35,353 nt of DNA from a virus: IMG/VR virus record IMGVR_UViG_3300049215_000478, positions 1 through 35,353 of that record; one strand, written 5' to 3'. This document shows, piece by piece, positions 1 to 6,866 of this stretch. The notes under the pieces are model-generated. The model was not told the origin of the DNA, did no database searches, and was given only the letters and a program-made list of their open reading frames with translations. The number at the start of each line of letters is the position of its first letter. The first letter of the stretch is position 1. Both the position numbers and the translations under genes were made by a program.

Positions 1-32
1 ACATTTAATGACAGTCAGTATAGAAGCAATAT
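1..32. repeat. Terminal direct repeat identical to 35322..35353, indicating a circular or terminally redundant genome closure
   Basis: ACATTTAATGACAGTCAGTATAGAAGCAATAT is present at both window ends; unit length 35321 bp. Confidence 0.95.
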
Positions 33-47
33 TTTTTTTGTAAATTA

Positions 48-278
48 TTAATTATTATTTGATTTAGATATTATTTCATTAACGATATTTAATAAGTATG
101 CAGATTTAGGATATTCCTTCTGTACTAACTCGATTACAGGCTCTAATAAAGATAGTAAATGTATGAGTTGCGCAATAACAAAGTTATTAGCTTCTCCTAC
201 TTTTATTATCTCTATGGCCAGTTCTTCAAGCTTATTCAATACAGACTCAATTATTTGCTGCAATATCGCATCCATCAT
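48..278 (-). CDS. hypothetical early protein (76 aa)
   Basis: ORF is packed head-to-tail with the upstream gene (ATGA-type overlap at 278); no recognisable motif. Confidence 0.6.
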   Translation of the reverse strand: MMDAILQQIIESVLNKLEELAIEIIKVGEANNFVIAQLIHLLSLLEPVIELVQKEYPKSAYLLNIVNEIISKSNNN

Positions 279-553
279 TACTCCTTTTCATTAAATACTT
301 GATTAGATATTTCTACTAGTTCATCTAAGAATGTTTTCATATATCTTTTATAATCTTCCATTCTAAAAACAGCCATACATGCCTTGGAAGAAGTACACTC
401 TTCTACATTACCTTTATGCACATCTTTTAGATGATTTTCATATTTAAGTATTTGATCGTATGCATAAGCTGCAGTTTTTTTATAATCTTCTTGCAACTGT
501 ATAAGTTCATTAATTAATCCACCTATTTTATCCATCCTAGACATCTTAGACAT
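278..553 (-). CDS. hypothetical early protein (91 aa)
   Basis: ORF lies in the minus-strand early operon directly downstream of ssb. Confidence 0.6.
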   Translation of the reverse strand: MSKMSRMDKIGGLINELIQLQEDYKKTAAYAYDQILKYENHLKDVHKGNVEECTSSKACMAVFRMEDYKRYMKTFLDELVEISNQVFNEKE

Positions 554-575
554 TATTATCTTTCATGGTTTCTAA

Positions 576-1007
576 TTAAAATGGTAAATCATCAACTTTA
601 TTCTTTTTAGGAAAATCCATCTTCATAAAATCATTTACATCAACCGCTCTAAGAGATGGTTTGGTTTGTTGTGTTTTCTCATTGATTAACATAACAACAG
701 ATGCTTCAACTACTGTTTTATATCTATCTTTACCAGTTTCTTTATCAGTCCATTTTTCAGACTTCAATCTACCTTCCACAAACAATTCATCATTTTCTTG
801 CAATGAGGATGCCTCAGAAGCAATGAACTCTTTATTCCATACATTAACATCTATGAAACATACTTCTTTCTTCTCTTGCCCATCCTTGAACTTATAGGAA
901 TGTTCTACCATCATATTAAGTTTACAAATTTTCATTCCATCTTTTATTTCACGGATTTCAGAATCTCTTGTTAATTTCCCAATCAAAATAACTTTATTTA
1001 GATTCAT
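576..1007 (-). CDS. ssb: single-stranded DNA-binding protein
   Basis: N-terminal OB-fold pattern MNLNKVILIGKLTRD..., a disordered tail, and the canonical acidic C-terminal tip DDLPF. Confidence 0.9.
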   Translation of the reverse strand: MNLNKVILIGKLTRDSEIREIKDGMKICKLNMMVEHSYKFKDGQEKKEVCFIDVNVWNKEFIASEASSLQENDELFVEGRLKSEKWTDKETGKDRYKTVVEASVVMLINEKTQQTKPSLRAVDVNDFMKMDFPKKNKVDDLPF

Positions 1008-1467
1008 TTATTATGCCTTCCTTAAATTTTTGTATTTCTTTAATTAATTCTTCATCCGAAGGAGCATTTAAATATTCCGAAAGTACCAAAACAGCATGTT
1101 GTAAACCGTGAGTACTTAAATTTGGAAGTTGATTATTTAACTGCCATATCAAAAGACGAGCTGATTTATGTTTATTTAGCATCTCTTCTTGAAAATCTTT
1201 ACACCAATCCAAAAAAGCTCCCATTTGAAGCAAAGAAGATGTTATCGTAAGTATTAATTCATATTGTTGTTTTTTAGATAATTCAATTTTATGAATAGCT
1301 AAATCACTTAACTCAAGAAGTGCATCACTTAAAATTTTGGATTCTTTATTTATATGTTCAACAAGAGGCTGCAAAATAGAAAAACTTGCAACTCCTTTAT
1401 CCAAAGTTTTTTCAAAAAAATCTTTAAGTTCTTTCATTTGTTCATTCGTATGTTCATTTATTTTCAT
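994..1467 (-). CDS. hypothetical early protein (157 aa)
   Basis: ORF overlaps both neighbours in an operon-like manner. Confidence 0.65.
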   Translation of the reverse strand: MKINEHTNEQMKELKDFFEKTLDKGVASFSILQPLVEHINKESKILSDALLELSDLAIHKIELSKKQQYELILTITSSLLQMGAFLDWCKDFQEEMLNKHKSARLLIWQLNNQLPNLSTHGLQHAVLVLSEYLNAPSDEELIKEIQKFKEGIINESK

Positions 1468-1618
1468 TATTTACCCCATCAATTTTTTTTAATGCTGATT
1501 CTGCTTCTTCTCTTAAAATTTTATCCAAACGCTCTGTTATTTTTGCCTTAAACCCAGGAATGTTTAACAAACTCATTACAAAAGCTTTATTTTCTTCTAG
1601 CCATTCTCTATCACTCAT
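1454..1618 (-). CDS. small hypothetical protein (54 aa, below the ORF-track cutoff)
   Basis: ATG at 1618 overlaps the upstream stop (ATGAGTGA). It translates to MSDREWLEENKAFVMSLLNIPGFKAKITERLDKILREEAESALKKIDGVNNENK and fills an otherwise empty gap. Confidence 0.5.
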   Translation of the reverse strand: MSDREWLEENKAFVMSLLNIPGFKAKITERLDKILREEAESALKKIDGVNNENK

Positions 1619-2267
1619 TTACAAGATCCTTTTTAATTAATTCAAAATCTTTAACTCTAATATCTTCTATTGCTTCAATTTGATATTCGTTTATTAATTC
1701 ATTCCAAACTTCAAGAGCACGCTCAGGAGATTTATTCTTAATGGAAGTTAGAAGATTTTTAATAATAGTTATTTGATTGGAATCAATAGGTTTGTTTTGT
1801 TGTTCTTCTATATGTTTTTGTTCTTCCACGCCGTCATCATCAAATTCTTCAGTAGGAATAGCACATAGATTGAGAACCGCATATCTTTTCATGTAAGTTA
1901 AAGCTGCGCCTTTACCTTGAGATCCTGGCTTTTCAGATTCCAAAAGACATTTATCCTGAATGTATTGGCCCGAAATAACATGCGTAAGTCTAGTAACAAG
2001 AAATTCTAAACCCTCTTCCCATTCTCGGTTATGCCAAATAGCTATCTTTCTCTTCCATAAAGATTTTTGTACAGCCTCATAAATTTCTTCCAACTTGGCA
2101 TATTTCGATTTATTGTGGGTATTTATTCCACTTTTTCCAGTAGGTTTAAAATCCCAACAAGCTTCAATAAATGCTTCACCAAATTGTCTAATATCATCAG
2201 ATTGGGAACGAGAATTACTTCTAGTCCATTCTATTGGCCAATCTAATCGTTCTTCTTTATTCTCCAT
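1611..2267 (-). CDS. ERF-family single-strand annealing protein (paralog 1)
   Basis: Erf-like core: NKSKYAKLEEIYEAV..., then GQGKGAALTYMKRYAVLNLCAIPTEEFDDDG (compare P22 Erf SYARKY..GLFGIDD..D.D). Confidence 0.75.
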   Translation of the reverse strand: MENKEERLDWPIEWTRSNSRSQSDDIRQFGEAFIEACWDFKPTGKSGINTHNKSKYAKLEEIYEAVQKSLWKRKIAIWHNREWEEGLEFLVTRLTHVISGQYIQDKCLLESEKPGSQGKGAALTYMKRYAVLNLCAIPTEEFDDDGVEEQKHIEEQQNKPIDSNQITIIKNLLTSIKNKSPERALEVWNELINEYQIEAIEDIRVKDFELIKKDLVNE

Positions 2268-2688
2268 TTTTATCTGCCTCTTCTTTCATTTTTTGTACGA
2301 ATTCAGAATATCCATCTATGCCCTTTAAAGAAGCTTCTATTCCTTCACGGGAAAATTTTATAAATCTGATTGAAGGATCATCCTCATCTATCTCATATTT
2401 TTCGCTTAATTTAAGCATTTGCTCTAAAAGGTTATGTGTAGGTCCAATCTTTTGTATCACATCTACACATGCAACTATCAACGGTAAAAACATATGAATG
2501 CTTGCAAATAAGTCACACGACGCTTCATATGTTTTTTCATCGGTTTTATTTTCAGACATCTTAAGATTCAGTAAACTATCTGCTATTTCATTTTCGAGTT
2601 CGGTTGCTCTATTGGTTAAAGAATTTATAACTTCGAATGTTTTTTCTGTTTCTTTTTCGTTATATCTTTTTTTCTTATTGAAGAACAT
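2257..2688 (-). CDS. hypothetical early protein (143 aa from ATG 2688)
   Basis: The track ORF 2257..2769 overlaps the HTH gene. The internal ATG at 2688 has a GGAGAAA RBS 7 nt upstream and overlaps the HTH stop by 14 nt. Confidence 0.6.
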   Translation of the reverse strand: MFFNKKKRYNEKETEKTFEVINSLTNRATELENEIADSLLNLKMSENKTDEKTYEASCDLFASIHMFLPLIVACVDVIQKIGPTHNLLEQMLKLSEKYEIDEDDPSIRFIKFSREGIEASLKGIDGYSEFVQKMKEEADKNGE

Positions 2689-2884
2689 TTTGATGTTTCT
2701 CCACAAAATCTTTAATTTTTCTAAGAGTTCTATAAGAAAGTTTTCTCTCATTTTCAGTTCCAGTATCATAAATTTTTATCATTGTATAATACCCTATCAT
2801 GATTTCCCGACAAAGTTCTGCCATGGAAAGAAGTCTTTTTTCTTTAATTGCCTTCATTTTTTCTACATATTCTTTAACGTTCAT
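2675..2884 (-). CDS. Cro/CI-type helix-turn-helix transcriptional regulator
   Basis: 69 aa with the HTH-like segment LSMAELCREIMIGYYTMIKIYDTG. It is the first gene leftward of the divergent control region. Confidence 0.65.
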   Translation of the reverse strand: MNVKEYVEKMKAIKEKRLLSMAELCREIMIGYYTMIKIYDTGTENERKLSYRTLRKIKDFVEKHQNVLQ

Positions 2885-2949
2885 ATTAATTCCTTCATGT
2901 TGTTATTGGTTAATATATGTTATATTATTTTAATCTTGGTGTAAAGGGA

Positions 2950-2991
2950 TTGACAATAATATTTTATTAATTAATATATTTATATTAATTA
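2950..2991 (+). promoter_or_regulatory. Rightward early promoter with an overlapping palindromic operator
   Basis: TTGACA (2950..2955), 16 nt spacer, TAATAT (2972..2977). An inverted repeat TAATTAATATA-TT-TATATTAATTA (2968..2991) covers the -10. Confidence 0.55.
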
Positions 2992-3014
2992 TAATAACAG
3001 TTGAAAGGGACCAA

Positions 3015-3257
3015 ATGAATAACTATACATTTAAAAGAACTAAACATAAAAATTGGGAAATATACGAAGCATTTAAAGATGGAAAAAAACTTTATATAAA
3101 AATTCAAAAAACAGAAAAAGGATACAGACACGTTTCTGTAAATACTTATTCTTTAATGGGTTTAACTAATTTTTTTGACACATTAGAAGAATGCGCAATT
3201 TTTACGCGCACAAGAAAAGATAATTTCATAAAAAATAACGTGATTATAATACAATAG
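3015..3257 (+). CDS. hypothetical protein, tandem paralog A (80 aa)
   Basis: Begins MNNYTFKRTKHKNWEIYEAFKDGKKLYIKIQKTEKGYRHV...FDTLEECA; clear paralog of the next gene. Confidence 0.7.
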   Translation: MNNYTFKRTKHKNWEIYEAFKDGKKLYIKIQKTEKGYRHVSVNTYSLMGLTNFFDTLEECAIFTRTRKDNFIKNNVIIIQ

Positions 3258-3268
3258 TAAGGAATCAA

Positions 3269-3529
3269 ATGAATAACTATACATTTAAAAGAAATAAGAA
3301 ATATAACCAAGAAATATATACCGTGTTTCAAGACGGAGAAAGTCTTCCTATTGAAATCTTAAAAGATGACAAAGGTTATCGTGAAGTTATTATTAGTAAT
3401 GCTTCAGCAAAGGTTATGAGCAAATATTTTGATACTATGGAAGAATGTGCCCAGGCAGCTTATGAAGCAAATAAAGCTGCTTTTGATAAAGCCGTTAATG
3501 ATGGCCGTATAAAAATCATAAAATTTTAA
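3269..3529 (+). CDS. hypothetical protein, tandem paralog B (86 aa)
   Basis: Begins MNNYTFKRNKKYNQEIYTVFQDGESLPIEILKDDKGYREV...FDTMEECA. Confidence 0.7.
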   Translation: MNNYTFKRNKKYNQEIYTVFQDGESLPIEILKDDKGYREVIISNASAKVMSKYFDTMEECAQAAYEANKAAFDKAVNDGRIKIIKF

Positions 3530-3552
3530 AATCTAATTAAAGGAGAATAATA

Positions 3553-3867
3553 ATGGATGCAATAAAAAAATTAGTAACCGAATTAGATCAGCAAATAGCT
3601 AAAACTTATGATGAATATGTTCAACTTCATGAAGAATTAAATCCTCATAGAGGTAAACCTATAGATGAAACCAATCTTCAGGAAGTTAATAGAATATTAA
3701 AAGAAATACAGGAAAAATTTTCACAACTTTATCCTGCTTATCATTTTATAGCTTTTAGATATCAACAAGCTATTAATGCTACTAATTCATATAATGACTT
3801 TGTAGAAACACTTAAAAAAGTTGGAGCAAAAGAAGATTCTTCAGCTGATAAGGTTTTAAATGCTTAA
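3553..3867 (+). CDS. hypothetical protein (104 aa)
   Basis: AAGGAG RBS upstream of the ATG; helical, charged sequence. Confidence 0.65.
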   Translation: MDAIKKLVTELDQQIAKTYDEYVQLHEELNPHRGKPIDETNLQEVNRILKEIQEKFSQLYPAYHFIAFRYQQAINATNSYNDFVETLKKVGAKEDSSADKVLNA

Positions 3868-4045
3868 TATTATACTAATTATTTTATCATTATTTCTGGC
3901 TGGTCAATTAGGATTCAGCCTAGGAGTATGGTATTGGAATAGACAAATAGATAAAACCGTATTGCAATGGTTAAAAACAGAAAATCTAGAAGATCATCCA
4001 TCTTTAAAAAGAATATATGAAAGATTAAGTAAAAAAATTAATTAA
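3860..4045 (+). CDS. small membrane protein (61 aa, one N-terminal TM helix)
   Basis: Hydrophobic N-terminus MLNIILIILSLFLAGQLGFSLGVWYW followed by a charged tail. Confidence 0.6.
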   Translation: MLNIILIILSLFLAGQLGFSLGVWYWNRQIDKTVLQWLKTENLEDHPSLKRIYERLSKKIN

Positions 4046-4061
4046 TAAAGAAAGAATAGTA

Positions 4062-4742
4062 ATGGAAGCAAGGAGATATAGATCTGAAGAAATAAATCTG
4101 ATAATGGGCGCATTGGCTAAAGCACAAGGTTCATACAAACCTCTTATTGCAAACGAGGATTTCGCAGGACGCAAGTATTCCAATCTTCAAGCTATAAGAG
4201 AAGCCACACGTGATTCATTGTCAGCAAACGCATTAGCATTTTACCAATACATAGAGTTATTGGATGAAGGAAGTGGAGCAGCTTTGCTTCATACCATTTT
4301 GGGACATGAGAGTGGACAGTGGATATCAAGTTGCGCCAGAGTTATTAAATGTAAAAACCAACGGGATACTTCCAACAGCTATGAGATAGAAAAACGGGTG
4401 CATGCATTAATGGTACTTGGAATAGCTCCTTCAGAAAATGATCCTATTTGTTTTGATGATAATGGAGAAGCTTTGGCAGAACAGGCTTTAGTAGAAACTT
4501 TTAGAAAACCTATGGATTCCAAAAAAGAAGAACTTAATAGGGATAATGTAATAAATAAAACAGAATATAATGAACTTATGATAGAGCTTGATGGATATCC
4601 TGATATAGCAAAAGACATTATGCAGGTTTATGAAATACAAACTATAGCCGATTTACCACGAGAAGAGTATCATAAAGTTAGAGCTAAAATTCTTAAAATA
4701 AAAAGAAATATAGAAGAATTTGAAAGAAAAAGGGCACGATGA
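4062..4742 (+). CDS. ERF-family single-strand annealing protein (paralog 2)
   Basis: LIMGALAKAQGSYKPL..GRKYSNLQAIREATRDSLSANALAF...LHTILGHESGQWIS...HALMVLGIAPSENDPICFDDNGE matches the Erf pattern. Confidence 0.75.
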   Translation: MEARRYRSEEINLIMGALAKAQGSYKPLIANEDFAGRKYSNLQAIREATRDSLSANALAFYQYIELLDEGSGAALLHTILGHESGQWISSCARVIKCKNQRDTSNSYEIEKRVHALMVLGIAPSENDPICFDDNGEALAEQALVETFRKPMDSKKEELNRDNVINKTEYNELMIELDGYPDIAKDIMQVYEIQTIADLPREEYHKVRAKILKIKRNIEEFERKRAR

Positions 4743-4942
4743 ATAAAGAAGAATTAATAAATTATGTTAAAGATCAGATTCATCTTGGTATTCGAGATGC
4801 TTTATCGGAATTATCTAAAAAAGGAATCCATGTACACGTAGAAGGACCTTTAAAATTTACTATTACCGTAGATAATATGGAAATTAATCCTGATTTATTT
4901 GAAAACAATGAAGAAGTTTTAAAAAAATTAAGTGATAAATAA
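4739..4942 (+). CDS. hypothetical protein (67 aa)
   Basis: ATGA overlap with the erf-like gene. Confidence 0.6.
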   Translation: MNKEELINYVKDQIHLGIRDALSELSKKGIHVHVEGPLKFTITVDNMEINPDLFENNEEVLKKLSDK

Positions 4943-5115
4943 TGAAAAAAGAGTGTAAATGTAAGCCATTTTGTATGGGGCCTAAATATTGCGGAGCAAA
5001 ATACAATACCATGGTTATTCATAAAGATGAAAATGGTAAACCTACTTGGTTTAGACAAAAAAGTTCAGATTGTTCTTCTCCCGAATGGGAAAAAATTGTT
5101 ATTCCAAAAAAATAG
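4942..5115 (+). CDS. small Cys-rich protein (57 aa, below the ORF-track cutoff)
   Basis: TAATG overlap with the previous gene. Translates to MKKECKCKPFCMGPKYCGAKYNTMVIHKDENGKPTWFRQKSSDCSSPEWEKIVIPKK and ends just before a terminator hairpin. Confidence 0.5.
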   Translation: MKKECKCKPFCMGPKYCGAKYNTMVIHKDENGKPTWFRQKSSDCSSPEWEKIVIPKK

Positions 5116-5156
5116 AAACTTTTGGTGAACATTGCGTTACTGATTCCCAAAAAATA

Positions 5157-5183
5157 CCACCCTGTATCTCTCCTATAGGGTGG
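5157..5183. terminator. Bidirectional hairpin between convergent transcription units
   Basis: CCACCCT(GTA)...(TAT)AGGGTGG stem. It sits between the end of the plus arm (5115) and the end of the minus late operon (5238). Confidence 0.6.
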
Positions 5184-5237
5184 TAAAATTCTATATATTT
5201 TTAGATTTTTTACAAGTTATATTCTCGTTGTCATGAA

Positions 5238-5423
5238 TTATTCTACATAGATAGGATAATATTTAATCCTATTATTTCGAATTCTGACAGGCATCCAAAT
5301 AACAATTGTTTTTTCACAATTCAATTCTCTAAGAGTTTCCACAGAAGGTCCTTCATCTCTAAATTTAAGCGGATTGTTACACCCGCTTAAAAAAAGAGTG
5401 AGGACCAATAAAAATTTTTTCAC
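5238..5423 (-). CDS. small lipoprotein (61 aa, GTG start)
   Basis: Signal plus lipobox MKKFLLVLTLFLSGC; AAGGAG RBS upstream of the GTG. Confidence 0.65.
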   Translation of the reverse strand: MKKFLLVLTLFLSGCNNPLKFRDEGPSVETLRELNCEKTIVIWMPVRIRNNRIKYYPIYVE

Positions 5424-5541
5424 TACTCTCCTTTGACATAACTAATGTTATCAGACAGTTACCTCTCCACATCCTCGATTCTATTTGTTAATAGATAGCA
5501 TTTATTTCTTATTGTAATCATAACGTTACATCCAGTAACGT

Positions 5542-5913
5542 TTAGTCTCTTAAACTTACTTTAAGTAGATTACTGTAATGCAGATTATTACGGATATGGA
5601 TCGGCATATGGAATGGTTTATCCAGTAAATCAAAAAATTGTTTAGCTTCTTTCCAACATTTACGTGCTTTATCATTATAAACCTCAACAAGCCGTTCATG
5701 ATGGTCTAAGTATTCACCAAGCTCATCAGAGTTCATTAAATGAAACGGTTTATACTGTTTTAATTCTTCAGGCATCGCAAACCTAGGAAGCTTACAGTGA
5801 TAAGTATAATCATCAAAAATAGTATAAAAATCATTACTAAATATTATATTTTTATTAACTGCGTTCAGGTTGAATGCTAATAGCAGTAATAGTGTCGTTA
5901 AATATTTAATCAT
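5542..5913 (-). CDS. secreted hypothetical protein (123 aa)
   Basis: N-terminal signal-like MIKYLTTLLLLLAFNLNA. Followed by hairpin AACGTTAC-n5-GTAACGTT at 5521..5541. Confidence 0.65.
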   Translation of the reverse strand: MIKYLTTLLLLLAFNLNAVNKNIIFSNDFYTIFDDYTYHCKLPRFAMPEELKQYKPFHLMNSDELGEYLDHHERLVEVYNDKARKCWKEAKQFFDLLDKPFHMPIHIRNNLHYSNLLKVSLRD

Positions 5914-5941
5914 GTTAAACTTTCAAGTGTTATTAATTGTT

Positions 5942-5991
5942 AAGGGTTAAAGACTATAAAATAATACAAAATTTAAAAATCTTTAACCCTT
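5942..5991 (-). terminator. Long-stem hairpin downstream of the last fibre gene
   Basis: AAGGGTTAAAGA (5942..5953) pairs with TCTTTAACCCTT (5980..5991), a 12-bp stem. There is no clear U-run, so function is uncertain. Confidence 0.4.
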
Positions 5992-5996
5992 TTAAA

Positions 5997-6857
5997 TTAA
6001 GCTACACGGAATCCACAGAATAAAGTTCTTCTTACCGTAGAACTTCCTGCTATTGTCACAGTTTTGGTACTACTTGATACTGCTACAGATATTAATGCTG
6101 TATCACTAGCTGTCATAGGCACTAAAAAAGATGATCCTAATGTTACAGCACTTGATCCAGCATTTTGAGTAGCAAATGGATTCACATAATTAAAATAATA
6201 TGTTTGAGCAGTAGTAACTAATTCCGTCACGCCTGAAGTATGCCCTGAAGCTAAATTGGTAAATGTTACTTGCCAGCTAAAATAATATAATCCTGTACTT
6301 GGAGCAGTATAAGTAAAAGTTCCAGTATTATAATTACTTCCATTGTTAGAAGCAGTTTGATTACACGCTAATGTAACAAAAGTTCCATCTCCTGTAGCAT
6401 TAGTTGTATCAGCATCTTTATAAGCTACAAACTGTGTTGTAAATCCACCAGCTGCTGCTTGATAGGTAGGTGCTACGCCAGCACCATTGCTTGTTAAAAC
6501 TTGCCCACTAGTGCCAGCGCTTGTTGTTACTAACCGAGTTCCATCATAATAAACAACGCCATCTGTAGTAGCCATGCTTGTAGCATTGGTACCACCGTTA
6601 GCTATCGATACCGGAGTGCTTAAAGCATAAGAAAGGGTTGTTGAGTTTGTAGTTATAGCTAAACCTGTTCCAGCGGCTGGGGTAATAAATGAAGGATCAT
6701 TGGAAGTTTTACCAACTAAAACTTGTCCATCAGTTGCTGCACCCGTTACACCTACTGCACTTGTTCCTTCTCCTAGTAATACTCCATGAGCAGTAAACGT
6801 TTGAGCACCAGTCCCACCTTCTACAACGGGAATCGGGGACTTTTCTTTATACGCCAT
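5997..6857 (-). CDS. tail fibre protein with C-terminal C1q/TNF-like globular domain
   Basis: N-terminal fibre repeats (GGTGA..GVLLG.G....G..GQVLVG....P.F). C-terminus NGSNYNTGTFTYTAPSTGLYYFSWQVTF ... TLFCGFRVA matches the gC1q pattern N.G..Y....G.F.....G.Y.F ... FSGFL. Confidence 0.75.
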   Translation of the reverse strand: MAYKEKSPIPVVEGGTGAQTFTAHGVLLGEGTSAVGVTGAATDGQVLVGKTSNDPSFITPAAGTGLAITTNSTTLSYALSTPVSIANGGTNATSMATTDGVVYYDGTRLVTTSAGTSGQVLTSNGAGVAPTYQAAAGGFTTQFVAYKDADTTNATGDGTFVTLACNQTASNNGSNYNTGTFTYTAPSTGLYYFSWQVTFTNLASGHTSGVTELVTTAQTYYFNYVNPFATQNAGSSAVTLGSSFLVPMTASDTALISVAVSSSTKTVTIAGSSTVRRTLFCGFRVA

Positions 6858-6866
6858 TATAATCTC

